A stretch of 63,900 nt of DNA, the filler included, from Octopus bimaculoides (taxonomy: Eukaryota): the NCBI RefSeq assembly GCF_001194135.2. It is 8 parts of 7 records of this genome, joined end to end, with 100 filler letters (N's around TTAATTAATTAA, not from the genome) between each part and the next. Parts side by side here need not be neighbours in the genome. Positions count along the whole stretch, not along the records: positions 50,098 to 63,900 come from NC_069006.1; 7 more parts are not named here. One strand, written 5' to 3'. The position numbers were made by a program, and so were the translations under genes. Shown piece after piece: positions 62,304 through 63,900 of the stretch. A model generated the notes under the pieces. That model was not told where the DNA came from and did no database searches. It saw only the letters and a program-made list of their open reading frames with translations. Each line of letters begins with the position of its first letter. The stretch's first letter is position 1.

Positions 62304-62734
62304 AGGCGGCGAGCTGGTAGAAACGTTAGCACGCCGGGCGAAATGCTTAGCGGTATTTCGTCTGCTGCTACGTTCTGAGTTCAAATTCCGCCAAGGTCGA
62401 CTTTGCCTTTCATCCTTTTGGAGTCTATAAATTAAGTACTAGTTATGCACTGGGGTTGATATAATCGACTTAATCCGTTTGTCTGTCCTTGTTTGTCCCC
62501 TCTGTGTGTAACCCCCTTGTGGGCAGTAAAGAAATAAGAAACGTTAGCACGCTAGGTGGAATGCTTAGCGGTATTTCGTCTGTCTTTACGTTCTGAGTTC
62601 AAATTCTGTCGAGGTCGACTTTGCCTTTCATCCTTTCGGGGTCGATAAATTAAGTACCAGTTGCATACTGGGGTCGATCTAATTGACTAGCCCCCTCCCC
62701 AAAAATTACAGGCCTTGTGCCTAGAGTAGAAAAG
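62304..62734 (+). mobile_element. Dimeric SINE B (Tx1-like-tail unit + TTA-type unit)
   Basis: Two head-body units; 14-bp repeat AATGTACAAATATA at 62282-62295 and 62735-62748. Confidence 0.85.
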
Positions 62735-62884
62735 AATGTACAAATATATACGTGTGTCTTTGATATTTTACAGACAAGAAGATATACTTCGAACACAGTG
62801 GAGCTGTGAAAACAACAGAAAGATTGGTTATTTTAACCTCATTTTAACCCTTATAAAACAGGGGGTGGACATTGTCAGTATATT

Positions 62885-63098
62885 TCTTTATTGCCCACAA
62901 GGGGCTAAACACAGAGGACAAACAAAGGGATTAAGTCAATTACATCGACTCCAGTGCGTAACTGGTACTTATTTAATTGACCCCGAAAGGATGAATGGCA
63001 AAGTCGACCTCAGCGGAATGTGAACTCAGAACATAAGGGCAGACGAAATACCACTGAGCATTTCGCTCGGTGTGCTAACGATTCTGCTAGCTCACCGC
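62885..63098 (-). mobile_element. SINE B monomer with Tx1-like tail
   Basis: B head and body ending TTTAGCCCCTTGTGGGCAATAAGAAAT on minus. Confidence 0.85.
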
Positions 63099-63144
63099 AG
63101 CTATAGGAGTCAAACCTGTACCCCTCAGAGACTGGCTGGACCAT

Positions 63145-63694
63145 GAAATTTTTTTTCCCATGGGAGTTCTGAACCTCAGTTCTGAACTCATTTGCATACA
63201 GCCAATTAGAACTCAACTATCAAACTAATTTATGAGCGCATAACAAGTGATAAGCGGTAAGATAAGGTCCCTTGGGTAAGGAATGACCATTCTTCTTTTC
63301 TCTTTTAATAATCCTTCTTCATCTCGTTCTTGTTTCAACCATGGCTGCCTCTGCGTAGTTATTTGTGTTGTTGTTTACTTTTTAAAACAGTAAGGGGAGG
63401 AAGTTGCTAGCACATCACCCTCTACCCATATGTTTCCCATCCACATCTTTACCATATGGAGCCCTGACAAAATCTGATAATAAGTACAGATGCAAATCTA
63501 TTTAATTACTTGTCTCCTTCTAAAATGAGGCATAACTTGGTGATCAGTCGACTTACAACACCGTTCTTCATCTTGAGTCTACTTGGTAGAGTGTGTTTGT
63601 TAACTTGATAACAAGGTCAAGGTGAGCTCTGATTGGCTGTATGCAAATAAGTTCATTACTGGGGTCAGGAACTCTCGTGGGAAAAAAAAATTTC
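63145..63694. repeat. Inverted repeat (~70-bp arms) containing octamer + CCAAT
   Basis: 63145-63214 vs 63623-63694; ATTTGCAT-ACAGCCAAT in each arm. Confidence 0.75.
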
Positions 63695-63900
63695 GCAGCC
63701 GAGCCCGCTGACAATATTTTCTGTCAATTTTAAACAACAGGACATATACGACGGCCTTCTTTCAGTTTCTGTCTACCAAATCCACTCACAAGTAGAAGAC
63801 ACTTGCCCAAGGTGCCACAGTGACGTTGTAGGATAGGTGCGAGAGGCTGGATCTGGCCGGTTTGAACAATAAAAATAGGGTAGAATATTTAGGCTGGATA

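Overview
Repeat-saturated, AT-rich eukaryotic DNA with many assembly gaps. The SINE families and microsatellite density look like an octopod cephalopod; this is inferred, not proven. I found no intact host gene, rRNA, tRNA gene or CRISPR array. Almost all long ORFs are decayed transposon pieces, microsatellite read-throughs or N-runs. Recognisable elements: RTE, Tx1/L1, CR1/L2 and at least three R4/Dong-like (restriction-like endonuclease) LINE lineages; two Penelope-like elements (one GIY-YIG end, one Naiad-like RT); a Gypsy 5' half and a solo LTR; two mariner copies; hAT remnants; Helitron-like ends; MITEs; and several tRNA-derived SINE families. The most interesting layer is RNA structure. 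Four different minimal hammerhead-ribozyme (HHR) sequence families occur here: a U3-A8 covariant core, an intact copy in a ~175-bp non-coding repeat, a back-to-back HHR fold-back palindrome, and others. Also notable are a 555-bp non-coding repeat always embedded in (TTA)n, SINEs with swapped LINE-like tails, an RT-deleted R4 derivative with a shared breakpoint, and a candidate E2F/NF-Y/E-box promoter at ~56.2 kb. All structure and family calls were made by eye and need computational or experimental confirmation.
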